From Octopus vulgaris (taxonomy: Eukaryota), in the NCBI GenBank assembly GCA_951406725.2, contig OX597824.1:4092001-4156000 (forward strand): a stretch of DNA of 64,000 nucleotides. The letters run 5' to 3'. Shown here one piece after another: positions 9,703 to 21,495 of the stretch. Made by a program: the position numbers and the translations under genes. Within the stretch, counting starts at the first letter, position 1; every line of letters begins with the position of its first letter. The notes under the pieces were generated by a model. It saw only the letters and a list, made by a program, of their open reading frames with translations. It ran no database searches and was not told the DNA's origin.

Positions 9703-11995
9703 TCTTCTTTCTTACTAAACATGGACAAGTGCCCAAAACATTGGATTTTTTATTCCTTACGGTAAATTGGCTCACTACAATTTTTCCTTTCTTTCATAAA
9801 CATTTATGGATTGGAATTTGATGATGCAGACCACTGCCAGTGTCCTTGGATTCCAAATGTTATTTTATACAAGGCCTTAATTTGCTTCTACACTATAGAA
9901 GCCACTCAATTAAGAAGTACCAGTAATTAATACCCATAACTTTAGAAATTAACAAAGTTTGGTCGTTGATTCAATGAAATATGTTCCTTCAACATAGCAA
10001 AAAACGAAAAGAGGGAAATAATCTGCAGATGGTGCCGATGTTGGCAGGTTTGATACCATTTCAAAAGAAATCAGTCTTCACACGATTAGCAGCTCAGGCT
10101 AAGATTTCTAAGGAAATGGCAACTGAAACACTGAGACATTTATTCCTTAAGAGTGTTCTCATTTCACGAAGAGCAACGTAGCTCTAACGAGGAATGGAAT
10201 GGTCTGTAGACTCAGTTTGCCAGAAGCTAACTTCTCTCTGCTCTGGCAATTATTTATTAAATAACAATAATATCTACATATAAATTATTCCAATATTACA
10301 TGCTTAAATAGTTTAGATGAGTTATTCATGATAATAATTTAAAATTTCAGGGCTATTAACCTTCTCGTTAGTGTTTTATGCTTCGTCTATGTTTCCATTA
10401 GTTCTGTTTGCAATCACGTGTCTGTGTATTCCGTGTCTGTGTGTGTGTGTATATATATAACTATATATAGGTGATATATGAGCATGCACACACACACATA
10501 TGTATGTATGTGAGTGTATATATATATATGAATACATACATAAATGTCTGGGAGGGGTGCATGTGTGTTTGTGTGTGTGTGTTTGTTTTTTGTGTGTGTG
10601 TGTGTGTTTGTGTATGTGTGTATATATGTGTGTGTTTGTTTTTGTGTGTGTGTGAATGTGTTAACGTTTCCCTGCTTTGAAAGTGAAAGGAGATTTAAGC
10701 CATTTGCATGATGATGCTAATAGTGAAAAAGACAAAAAAATATGCAAATTAACATTTATATGTTAACTATAAAAGGTATATATTATCATAATTATAATAT
10801 TTAAGAACTAAAACGGTGGTGTGTAGGTAGTTATGATAATTTCCCATAAAACTGAGTTTCTGATTTCAAATTCCACCAGGGGTTTCCCTTTATTTGAAGT
10901 TTCTATCTGTAATAAATTGGCCTTCGTTCTCAGCTAAATGATTCAGTAATTAACTGGAATTTCAATTATGATATTTGACTTTAATTACTTATGTATGTAT
11001 CAAATAAAATCTCCGATATTTAAACATTATAATGACTATATTTACTTCCTAACTCACTCAGAGGTGGCATGAGACAGTCAGGTGTCTGACTAAATGCCTT
11101 ATACTATTTAACTGTGTTCCTTGTGGTCATGAGTTCAAATCCCTGTGATGGTGATAAAAAATTGTATTGAGTAAATAAGAATAAAATAACTGGATAACTT
11201 GAGGTAGTCGAAATTAATCCTAAATGACCATCCCCCTAAAACATTTTTTGCTTTGTAATCAAAAAACCGATATTTAAACTTACCGCTACTTACCTGCTTT
11301 CGCGTTAGTCATAAATTGGTAGAAAGATGGTGGGGGGGGGAAAGGAGAAAGTAAAAAAAAAATATTCCCTTAGAAAAAATAAAATGACTTTGTTGACAAT
11401 AGGGAGTGAAGGGGGAAAGGCAGTGGCGAGGGTGGGGGCAAGTTTGATAGACTTGTTGTATGTAGGAACACTTGTAAATCACTCACATAATTTAAGACTT
11501 GAGGGAGTTGGAGGGAGTAACTTTGGGGGGTGGAAAAACATAAATAAAAAGGGACATACATTAAATATGAACCAGCACACACACACACACACACGATGTG
11601 AACTGACATGACATGACATGATCTGACATGACATAAGAGTGGTGCAGACCGAGAGTGGCACCACATTAGAACTACTACTTGGTGACAGCTGTAATCATCA
11701 CCACCCACACCCACCAACCCACCCTTCCTACCTACCTACCTACCTACCACGACCACCACTCCCCCCACATTGGCCAATACTACTGTTACTCACAAGGGCT
11801 ACTGTTTATGATGTTGTAGTTTATCCTGATGTTAGCCTGGTCCAGCAAGGCTTACAACCAAAACTGTTCCAACCATGACCATCCCATCAGAGTAAGGTAA
11901 TCTGATCTGGCAGGTAAAGAAATGGCATGATAGAGGCCCCTTCCATTGGTCTGTTGTGATAGGGTTATCTTTCAAGAGATGTATGTTTTGTACTG

Positions 11996-12237
11996 TACAG
12001 GGTGACCCCCAAAGTAGGTTTCCAGTTGTCATGTAGGCATTTGAAATTTCTTTTAAAACATTTTATTACATTTAAATTCCTATCTTACAAACTGAAAAGG
12101 GAACTTGACAAAATTAACTAAATTAGCAGAGAATAATGGTTTCATATTTTTTTTTATAATTAAGATCTAAATTGTTAATATATGACTGTGAAAAAGACAG
12201 TCGAGTAACTGTAAAGCTACGTTTGGGCCACCCTGTA
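11996..12237. mobile_element. Tc1/mariner-type MITE
   Basis: Imperfect TIRs TACAGGGTGACCCCCAAAGTAGGTTTCCAGTT and AACTGTAAAGCTACGTTTGGGCCACCCTGTA, with TA at both ends. Confidence 0.75.
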
Positions 12238-12401
12238 TATTATGGGCCTTCCTATACCCGCTTCTTCCATGACCATCCAGATGAACGTATGGAAGAGTGT
12301 GTAAGAGATTGAATTCAAAGTTGGATGGATTACAGAGGGAGTGAGAGAATGTGTGCATAAGAGATTGTGTTTGCATAAATATACACGAGTATATGTATAT
12401 A

Positions 12402-12770
12402 TCATTATCATCCGCTTTCCATGCTGGCATGGGTTGGACGGTTTGACTGAGGACTGGTGAGCCGGAGGCTACACCAGGTTCAATCTGATCTGGCAAGGTT
12501 TCTACAGCTGGATGCCCTTCCTAACGCCAACCACTCCAAGAGTGCAGTGGGTGCTTTCTACGTGCCACCAGCATGAGGGCCAGTCAAGTGGTTCTGGCAA
12601 CGACCACACTCAAAAAGTGTTTTTATGTGCTACCTGCATGGGAGCCAGTTTGGTGGCACTGGCAACAACCACGTTCGAATGTTGTTCTTCATGTGCCACC
12701 AGCACTGCCGGTAAGGTAACACAGGCAACGATCACACTCGAATAGTGCTTTTCACGTGTCACCAGCACAT
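12402..12770 (-). mobile_element. SINE-like family 3 (RTE-type tail ending in (GAT)n)
   Basis: TCCGCTTTCCATGCTGGCATGGGTTGGACGG...GGATGCCCTTCCTAACGCCAACC; homologous to 23935-24225 and 59841-60092. Confidence 0.8.
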
Positions 12771-12787
12771 ATATATACACACACACA

Positions 12788-12981
12788 CAGTAATCCCTCG
12801 ACTATCGTGGGTGTTACGTTCCAAAACTTCCCACAAAAATGAATAAAACCTAAAAAAAATATAAATAACTATCAGCTGCAAAAATCTGTGATATACTGAG
12901 GATTCTGTGATAAGAATTTACATCTATTAGCCAGAAAAATCTGTGATGTACTGAGTGCGCGATAGGTGAGGAATTAGTGTA
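12788..12981. mobile_element. Tigger/pogo-type MITE
   Basis: Imperfect TIRs CAGTAATCCCTCGACTATCG and CGATAGGTGAGGAATTAGTG, followed by TA. Confidence 0.6.
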
Positions 12982-13018
12982 TTATACACACATTATCAGT
13001 AAATTTTAATGTAACCCA

Positions 13019-13221
13019 AGGCGGCAAACTGGCAGGAACGTTAGCATGCCAGGTGAAATGCTTAGCGGTATTTCATCTGAGTTCAAATTCTGCTGAGGTC
13101 GACTTTGCCTTTCATCCTTTCGGGGTCGATAAATTAAGTACCAGTTGTATACTGGGGTCAATCTAATTGACTGACCCCTCTCCCCAAAAATTTAGGGCCT
13201 TGTGCCTAGAGTAGAAAAGAT
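13019..13221 (+). mobile_element. SINE family 1 variant with TSD
   Basis: Family 1 head and central domain; TAATGTAACCC on both sides (13007-13017 and 13224-13234). Confidence 0.85.
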
Positions 13222-14024
13222 TCTAATGTAACCCCTACATCTTTTAATTAAGACTTGAAAACATTTAACGCTCCACTCACTGGGACTCATCTAACATTCA
13301 CCCAATCCCATAAAAGCTGCAAATCTGATTTTGTTCTCTACAGTTGAGAACCACGCAGCCAAGGGTGAGGTTCAGAGCAGACTACTTTTGATATAACAAT
13401 AAATATGCCTGTCCTCTTTGGCAAGTATATTGATTTCTGTATCAGGTGATGGTTGCCCTGTGAGAAATATATTCTTAAATACTTTACAACTCCTACACTA
13501 CAAAATGCACACACACACACACTGACATATATATCTGTATATTGTCAGCTCACTCTGCATGTCACTGGCCACATGTAATCCTGTACAACCTGTTACATGG
13601 TCAGCAATTAAACTGGCCCTACCACCTGGCTGGCCTGATGAGGCAAGGTGCTAGAAACTCAGCAAGACCTGTCCAAAGGATTGATAAAGACTGGCAAAAG
13701 ATCAATAACAATCTAGCAAAGGGATACAGAGCTAATGGAGATGGTCAACAAGTGCATTATCCCTGTACTTCACTCACAGCTTATTTTATCAACCCATCTT
13801 TGAAGGGATGAAAAGTGAAGGATTTGAACTCAGAATGTAAAGGACTGTAACTAAATACTGCACAGCATTTTATTTGATGCTTTAATGATTTTTGCAAATC
13901 CATGGCCTTTTCAATTCGATAATCAGACAAAACAGAAAGAGGGCAGAGGCTAGGAAACTACGTCAGTCTTTATGAGAGAATATAGAATAGAGGCATGAAT
14001 ATATATTGACAAGATGAAAGAATA

Positions 14025-14545
14025 AGAGTCAAACTGACTAATAGATAAGATATGAGACTGACAATCCATGTAGGTGAGGGCCACAAGCTGCAGGGAGGCA
14101 AACCAAACACTGACAAAGTAAGTGGGGTATCAGACTGACAATCTCTGTAGATAGGGTTACCAAGTAGATAAGGGGTCAAAGAAAAGAGGAGTGTTAGAGT
14201 GACAACAGAAATAGATAAGGGTAGCAGGCTCACAATCCAAGTAGCGAAGGGTGTCAGACCGCCCCCCCCCCCCGATAATCCAAGGCACATGGGAATATCA
14301 AACTGGCAATAAAATTAGATAATGGATGTTAAAGAGACAATAAAAAAAAAAAAAAGAATAAGGGTTCCAAACTGACAATCCATGTAAAGGGTCCCAGACT
14401 GACAATCCACATCAGTGCCATAGTTAAAGAAAGAGGGTGTCAGAAGAATAATCCATGTAAATAGGGGTGTGTTAAACTGATAATCCAAGGTAGAGATGTC
14501 ATAGGGACAATCAAAGCAGACAAGAATGTTAGACTGCCAAGTAAA
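14025..14545 (+). repeat. Degenerate tandem array of roughly 30-bp units (core GTCA[A/G]ACTGACAATCCATGTA)
   Basis: About ten diverged recurrences of ACTGACAATCC-like cores. Confidence 0.7.
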
Positions 14546-14557
14546 GAACATACACAG

Positions 14558-14706
14558 TTCTATATTTAAGAGATGAGGAATTATGTACATTAGTTACAAT
14601 TGACAGATATTTGTCCTCATCTTGTTTGTTGTTATACCCTCCAGCCTTCATCAAGGGTCTTGGAGAATTTTCGAACCTGGGTTCTCATTCCTAAGGTATT
14701 TTTTGA

Positions 14707-14739
<33 letters not shown>

Positions 14740-14890
14740 CATCATTTTTCAGGTCACTACCTGGAATCGAACTTGGAATCTTGGGGTTAGTAGCCCGCAC
14801 TCTTAACCACTATGCCCATGGGCATATGGTGTAGTGGTTAAGAGCGCGGGCTATTAACCCCAAGATTGTGAATTCGATTCCAGGCAGTGA

Positions 14891-14946
<56 letters not shown>

Positions 14947-15084
14947 TTGAAAAATACCTTAGGAACGAGAACTGAAGTTCGAAATTTCCTCAAGACACCT
15001 GATGAAGGCTGGAGGGTATATCAGCCGAAATGTTGTGTTAACAACAAACAATATGATTGACAAATATCTGTCGAAAGTAAATAA
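14558..15084. mobile_element. Head-to-head inverted dimer of the tRNA-head/(AAT)n/hammerhead element, copy B
   Basis: Same architecture as 4108-4618; palindromic centre TATGCCCATGGGCATA; left-only tail TTCTATATTTAAGAGATGAGGAATTAT; left HHR partly deleted. Confidence 0.85.
14994..15039 (+). ncRNA. Minimal type I hammerhead ribozyme motif, copy B right arm
   Basis: GACAC CTGATGA A GGCTG gagggtatat CAGCC GAAA TGTT GTGTT. Confidence 0.7.
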
Positions 15085-18000
15085 AGAGCATATAGTATGT
15101 CCCTTGTTACTGAAGTACTATTCTGTTACGTCCACGGCCATATATTGAATATCCCAGACCATCAGGCAGAAATAGGTGACATGAGCATGGTGTAGTTTGT
15201 CTTTGTAAGCAGGGGCCAGTGGTGTTTAACTGGTGTTTTTTATGAGACACAATGGTGACTTCAACTATTCTTAGGTGTGAAATGGGGGATGAATATGACC
15301 AAGTGGACTTTCTTCTACAGACATCGAATGAAGACAGACAAAAAAGCACCACCCAGGATCCAATGGCTTACAACATACCACATTATTTTCCTTCACTGCT
15401 CAGTTATCTCCTTCACCTCTCTTACATCTCTCCCTCCACTCCACATCTCTCAACTCAGTCCTTTCTTTCTTTCTTTTTTTCTCTCTCTCATTCTTCCATT
15501 TTCCTCCTTTGACCACTTCACTCATTCTCTCTCTCTCTCTCTGCTAGCTTCTCCTCCTTTTGTACCATTCAGGCCACAATTATTTCCCTCCAACCTGTCC
15601 TGTTGCTCCTCTTCTTCCTCTTCTTCTCTCTTTTACAGTGTTCCTCTTCTGCTCTTTTACTGTCATTTCCTCTTCACTGGTTTCCCAAACTCATCAGTTG
15701 GCATTCATTCCTGCAATGAGAGAAACGAAACAAAAATTTCATTAGTAAATTACTTATGAGTGCTTATGAGCTTTTAATGAGTGTGTCTGATTTTTAGATC
15801 TTAGAAAACAATTAACCAATGTCAAGACTTGGTCACTTAAAGTGCTTTGATCTAGAGATCAACATGGAACATATTGAAACTATAAAACTCTCATATTATT
15901 ACAAATTCAAGATGTTGCCCCAGCATGGTCACAGTCAAATGCCTCAAACAAGTAAAAAATAAAAGACAAGTTATCCTCTCGAGGTTTGTTTAACGTGTGT
16001 CTAATCAAGTGAAAACAGAAACTAATTATAACATTTATAATCAATTAGCAACTCTCGTTAACAGAATTCCCTTTTTTGCATCAGAATTTTATTTTAAATT
16101 AAGATGGATACAATACTTCAAACTTACAGATGATCATGACAAGAATTGTGCATAAAATTCCTAAAGTGTCGACATTTCAAACTTTATTAATTTACATAAC
16201 AAAATAGAATCCAGGAGAAATGGTACAATATTTACGGAATTCAATTGATTTCAGTTCTTATATCTGATCGATACAAAACGAATGGTCTTTGACTGAGGTA
16301 CTCAAGTACTTTCACATAACGGTACATGTGTGCATAAAGAAGATCACCACCATTACTTTAACATCCATTTTTCCATGGTCTCATGGACTGGAAGGAAGTT
16401 AGTTGAAGTACATTTGCTACAGCCAAATGCTGTTCCTGTCACCCACCCTCACCTGTCCCCAAGCAAAGTAATATTTCCCCATGACCAGACATGTTTTCAT
16501 GGAAGATTTTAAACGAAGGATACTAATTGCCATGACCGTGACATGCATTTACCACCATTATACAATGTCAGAGCAACAAGACTAAAACACACACACATAC
16601 ACATCTATATACATATATAAATAAAGAGGCTTCTTCTTGTTTCCTCACTCACAAGCCTTTGGTGAGCCCAGAAGACATTTGCCCCAGGTGCCAAGCAACA
16701 GGACAGAACCTGGAACCAGATGATTTGGAAGTCATTCGTGCATCTATGTATACACGTATTTACGCATGAATGCATACGTTTGAATATACACCCATGCGTA
16801 AAATATTATGACATGTATATTTAAAAACATTCAGACATAAAGTCTTATCCAAATAATTGTCAAATGAATTGTATTTTTGCTTTCATTTATTTGTTTGTAA
16901 TTATTTTTTTAAAAATTGTGTCAATAATTTTAAAAGATGGTATTTCACACAAAACAACACTGCAATAATGACGGCTTTTATGCTTCTCTCTCTGTGCCAT
17001 TTTTTCAATTATTTCTGCTTTTATGTAGTTTCTATGTTATTATAATGATTCTAATTTCATAAATATAACAGACTTAAATTCCATCATTATCATAATTCAC
17101 ACACTCTTAAGATTAGTCTAGTATATATATGTGTGTATATGCATACTTATACACATAACCTCTCTCTCTCTCTCTACAATTTACACACACACACATGTGT
17201 TTGTGTGTGTGTGTCATTTTGAGAAATTTCATATTGGTTTTTCTTTGAAATTCTGACATATTTCTTGAATCTTCAAAGAAAAGAAAATTTTTTTTAAAAA
17301 TCTAATAAACTATGTTACATCCAATGTTTAAATGGGTTCACAGCCATTATCAAGAATTTGATTTGAAGTAAAACCATCATAATAACAAAAAGAAAGGGAA
17401 AAAAGGAAAAGGAAAAGAAGTGGGGCAGGAGTTAGAAGCTGCTGAAAGCAATAAAAATCAATGTTGGTTCTAATGGCAATATGAATACTTAATCTATTGT
17501 GTCTGGAATATCTCAGCATGTATGCCAGATGGCATTATATATACATGGAGTCAGTGTACACCAAACAGCTGTCTGGCAAATGAGAATGCAATATTTAAAA
17601 TTAACAAGGACTGCTACAGCAATCTTCTGGTTATTTTGGTGTTTGAATTTCCATAGGATTATCCTATTGCCAATCAAGATTTCTCGGCCTAATTTGGAAT
17701 TACAAGTAGTGATTAGGTGTGTGGAAGCTGTCATCATGCCCAGCACAGGAATGAGAAAAAAAAAAAAAAACAGAAAGAAGTCTGCTATGATTTGTTTAAG
17801 AATCACTGATGGAGGCCAAATTTGTATTTTGGCAACTGTCTTATGGCAAGTGAATTCATAAATAATGTTACTTTTCTATGACTGCTTATCATTAAATGAC
17901 AAAATTTGCTTTAAGTTCTATTGATTTTAAAGATTTTCTCTGAGCTAATGCTTCGGTATATATATGCAGACTTAACCAGGCAAACATTATGAAGAAATGC

Positions 18001-18553
18001 TCAAGCAGTTCTCTTTCATTTCTTGTTAAGGTAATTTTTCCTGACGCATTATTTTGCAGTTAGGATGCTTTTCCTGTCACTAACCCTTAACTGCTTTTCA
18101 AGTAAGGTATTTCTTTTTTTTTTTTAATTCCACATGTCTTCTAAAGTTCAGAGCCAAAGGATGGTTTGTTACCAGGAAATACAAGCATAACATCATTGTT
18201 TCTGCTTAGATGGGTTTCATGAAAAGACACAGAATGCAAACATTCACACACACACACACATTAATATACAGTTTCCATCTACCAATTTCATTCACAAAGC
18301 ATTATCTGGTCTAAGGCTACTGCAAAAAAACATTTGCCCAATGTGCCACACTGAGATAGAATTCAAAAGCCCCAGGGTTATGAAGTGAACTCCATACCCA
18401 TTCTTATGACATCCTTTATTCATCTCATCCTTTTAAGGGCCACTTTTCTCTGCTTCCATGACTCAAACAAAATTTGTTGAAGCAGATTTTCTACAGCCTG
18501 ATTCGTGTTTCAGCTCTGACCATCCATACTTTATTTCAAAAAAGATAATACCA

Positions 18554-18952
18554 TTCTATATTTTAGAGTGTACAGTATTTACAGTGATGGACAGGTGTCC
18601 TCACCTTGTTTGTTGTTACCGCAACGTTTCGGCTGATGCACTCTCCAGGCTTCATCAGGTGTCCTGGTGGAATTTCGAACCCAATCCTTTAATTGACTAA
18701 TGGGGTCTTCTCTTCTCATGCTTAAGGTATTCTTTCTTCCTGATGTTATTTTTTCTGTTGATATTATTTCCCAAGTCTCTGCTTGAGATTGAACTCAGAA
18801 TCCGTGGGTTAGTAGTACCCCATTAGTCAAATAAAGAGTTGGATTCGAAATTCCACCAGAACACTCAATGAAGGCTTGAGAGTACATCAGCTGAAATGTT
18901 GTGGTAACAACAAACAAGGTGAGGACACCTGTCCATCCTATGTAAATAATGT
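18554..18952. mobile_element. Diverged subfamily of the inverted tRNA/hammerhead element, copy C
   Basis: Starts with the same TTCTATATT tail. Long left arm carries a minus-strand HHR (18618-18663) with intact GAAACGTT and part of the tRNA-like head; shorter right arm about 18817-18952. Confidence 0.75.
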
Positions 18953-19316
18953 TAAGAAAAGATGTTAACTTCCAGTTCTTTCAGTTTCCATTTACCAAAT
19001 TCACTCGTGGTTTTTGTCAAACCAGGACTATAAGTAAAAGCCACCTGCCCAAGGTACCATACAGCAGGACTGAACCTAAGACCACATAGTTAGGAAGCAA
19101 GCTTAACCATACAGCCACATTATATATATATACAAGTATAATTGATAAACAGATTTATAATTTCCATACAGTTGTATTGACATAATCACATGCATCATCA
19201 TCGTTTAACGTCCGTTTTCCATGCTAGCATGGGTTGATAATATCTATATTTAATATTGCTACCTTGTACACTCATATGACATTGCAGGTCCCTAAATATT
19301 TGCTTAAATTGTTAAG

Positions 19317-19510
19317 GATGTGAGCTGGCAGAAACATTAAGCACTCCAGATAAAATGCCGCTAAGCATTTGGTTGAAATTCCGCTGAGGTTGACTTTGCC
19401 TTTCATCATTTGGGGATTGATAATATAGGTACCAGTTGATTACTGGGGTTCATAGAATTAATTTTCCCCCTCCCTTGAAACTGCTGGTCTTCTGCCAAAA
19501 TCAGAAATCA
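19317..19510 (+). mobile_element. Older SINE family 1 copy
   Basis: GAGCTGGCAGAAACATTAAGC...GACTTTGCCTTTCATC...GTACCAG. Confidence 0.7.
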
Positions 19511-20797
19511 ATTTTAGGTTAGTCACCAATCTAACCACATATATAAAATAACACACATGCACACACTCTCACTCTATAATGGAACTTAACAAAAACTGCC
19601 TAATTTCTCTCTAGATTTCAAGTACGCTTTATTCTATTAAGGAGCAAAACCAACAGCATGGATGCTAAATAGCACCAGCCATTAGTATATAAAGTTGAAA
19701 GGCAATGGATATTGAGTCTGCCTGAAATCAAAATTGTTGCTATTTATGGAATCATAAACACTGAATTCCATGCAGCAAATTAGAAGCTTTGCAATGAATT
19801 GGAAATCGTTTACTGTTCATATTTATTAATTGATATTTTAGATTTTAGTCTCTTTAGATACACTCTGTGTGTATGTGTGTGTGTGTATGTGTCCCTGACT
19901 TGGTACCACACACTAATTGTAAGTAGACATTATCATCATAAAAGCAGTCTTGTTAGTTTGTAATCTTCCAAGAAAATATGTCTGGCCTTTGTACTTGTTC
20001 ATGTCTGAAGGATTAGGGGGGAAATATTATTTTGTTGGAAATCAGGTGAGGATTGATGAAAGGAAGGGCATCTGGTTGTAGAGAATCTGCCCCAACAAAT
20101 TTTGTGAGACCCATTCGAACAAGGAAAAGTGGAGATTCAAACGATGATGGTGCTAAATTTATTTGATTGTTTTTTAGCTGAGCCCGAACAATAGGAAGGG
20201 AGCCTGGTAAAGGGAATGCCAACCAAGGCTAAAGGTCTGGAGGCTGAAAGAGGCGACAGTGGGGGAGGCCTAGGAGAGGAATCGAGAATGGTAGAGTTTG
20301 TTAAGAGTTGAGTAGATAAGAGGACCATGAAGAAACTTGGGAAAATGGTGATGGGAGGACAAAGGTGGGGGGGAAAAATAAAATTGATGGGAAGAGGAAG
20401 AGGTTTCGAGAGTGAAGAGGGCAAGGGTTGCAATGACAGAAACAGTAGAACATGAAATGGTACAAGGTAATTGAGGAGGCTGCCAGAAAAATAGGGAGCA
20501 GAGGTATAAAGGAAAGCATTTCGAGGGTGTATGGATTCAGTGGAGGATAAGAGAGAGGTGTTTAAGATTGTAAAGCAGTTGGTAAAAGAGAGATGTGATA
20601 AGGATGAGCTATTGAGAGGATTAAATGGAGAAAATAGTTGCGGATCCAGATAGAATTATGGTACTTATTTTATTGACCCTGAAACATTATAACAAAGAAA
20701 GTGTAGGTTGTCAGATCCTCATATGTCAAAATCAACGAGAGTCCATCAAATAGTTTTAATGTTTTATTACTAATTTTAATGTTTATATATTTATATG

Positions 20798-21066
20798 CTG
20801 GGCTGTGGAGTCAGAGTCAGAAACAATGGGTAACTGGAGTCGGAGTCTGTAAAACTATACTGACTCCAACTCAGAATGTCTTTAGTCTTTGATATAAACC
20901 AGTTATAACATGTAGACCTACTCAGAGTACAAGCGTATGCATATGCTTTATGAGATATGTAGACCACAATCACTTGATTATATAAAGAGGAGTCAGAATC
21001 AGAGTCGGAGGAGCCAATAGTACAGGGGTCAGAGTCAGAGTCTTTTGTTCCAACTCCACAGTCTTG
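20798..21066. mobile_element. hAT-type MITE with GGAGTC subterminal repeats
   Basis: TIRs CTGGGCTGTGGAGTCAGA and TCCAACTCCACAGTCTTG; exact 8-bp TSD TTTATATG (20790-20797 and 21067-21074). Confidence 0.85.
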
Positions 21067-21362
21067 TTTATATGTATATGACTACTTTTTTTTTTCTATT
21101 GTCATTTGAATCCTCATTTTTCACTTCCATGACTTCCCCCTTTTTTTCTGTATCCCTCACCACCCAGGCAACCCATATTTACCCTAAATACAGTGGTTTA
21201 CAATAAAGCCTTCAGTTCTGTGATCAGCAGGGAGACCAGATGGCACCCGGCATACTATCACATTGACTAGCCACAGCGCTACAATAAGTAATTACACTCC
21301 GATTCTCAATTGAGGTAGTTTTTTGCTCCCTCGTTTGTGAATTCAAATGCATTATACACACA

Positions 21363-21495
21363 CACACACACCATACCCCAGCCCTTCACACACACCATAC
21401 CCCAGCCCTTCACACACACCATACCCCAGCCCTTCACACACACCATACCCCAGCCCTTCACACACACCATACCCCAGCCCTTCACACACCCATAC
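21363..21495 (+). repeat. 24-bp minisatellite, about 5.5 copies (CACACACCATACCCCAGCCCTTCA)
   Basis: Perfect tandem units read directly. Confidence 0.95.

Noticed and set aside
9955-10260. Complex unique sequence as a coding exon
   Set aside because: Minus-strand frames close early and the plus ORF lacks splice or domain support; could be a conserved non-coding element but that cannot be tested here.
14025-14545. CRISPR-like repeat-spacer array
   Set aside because: Eukaryotic context, degenerate cores, irregular spacing, no cas genes.
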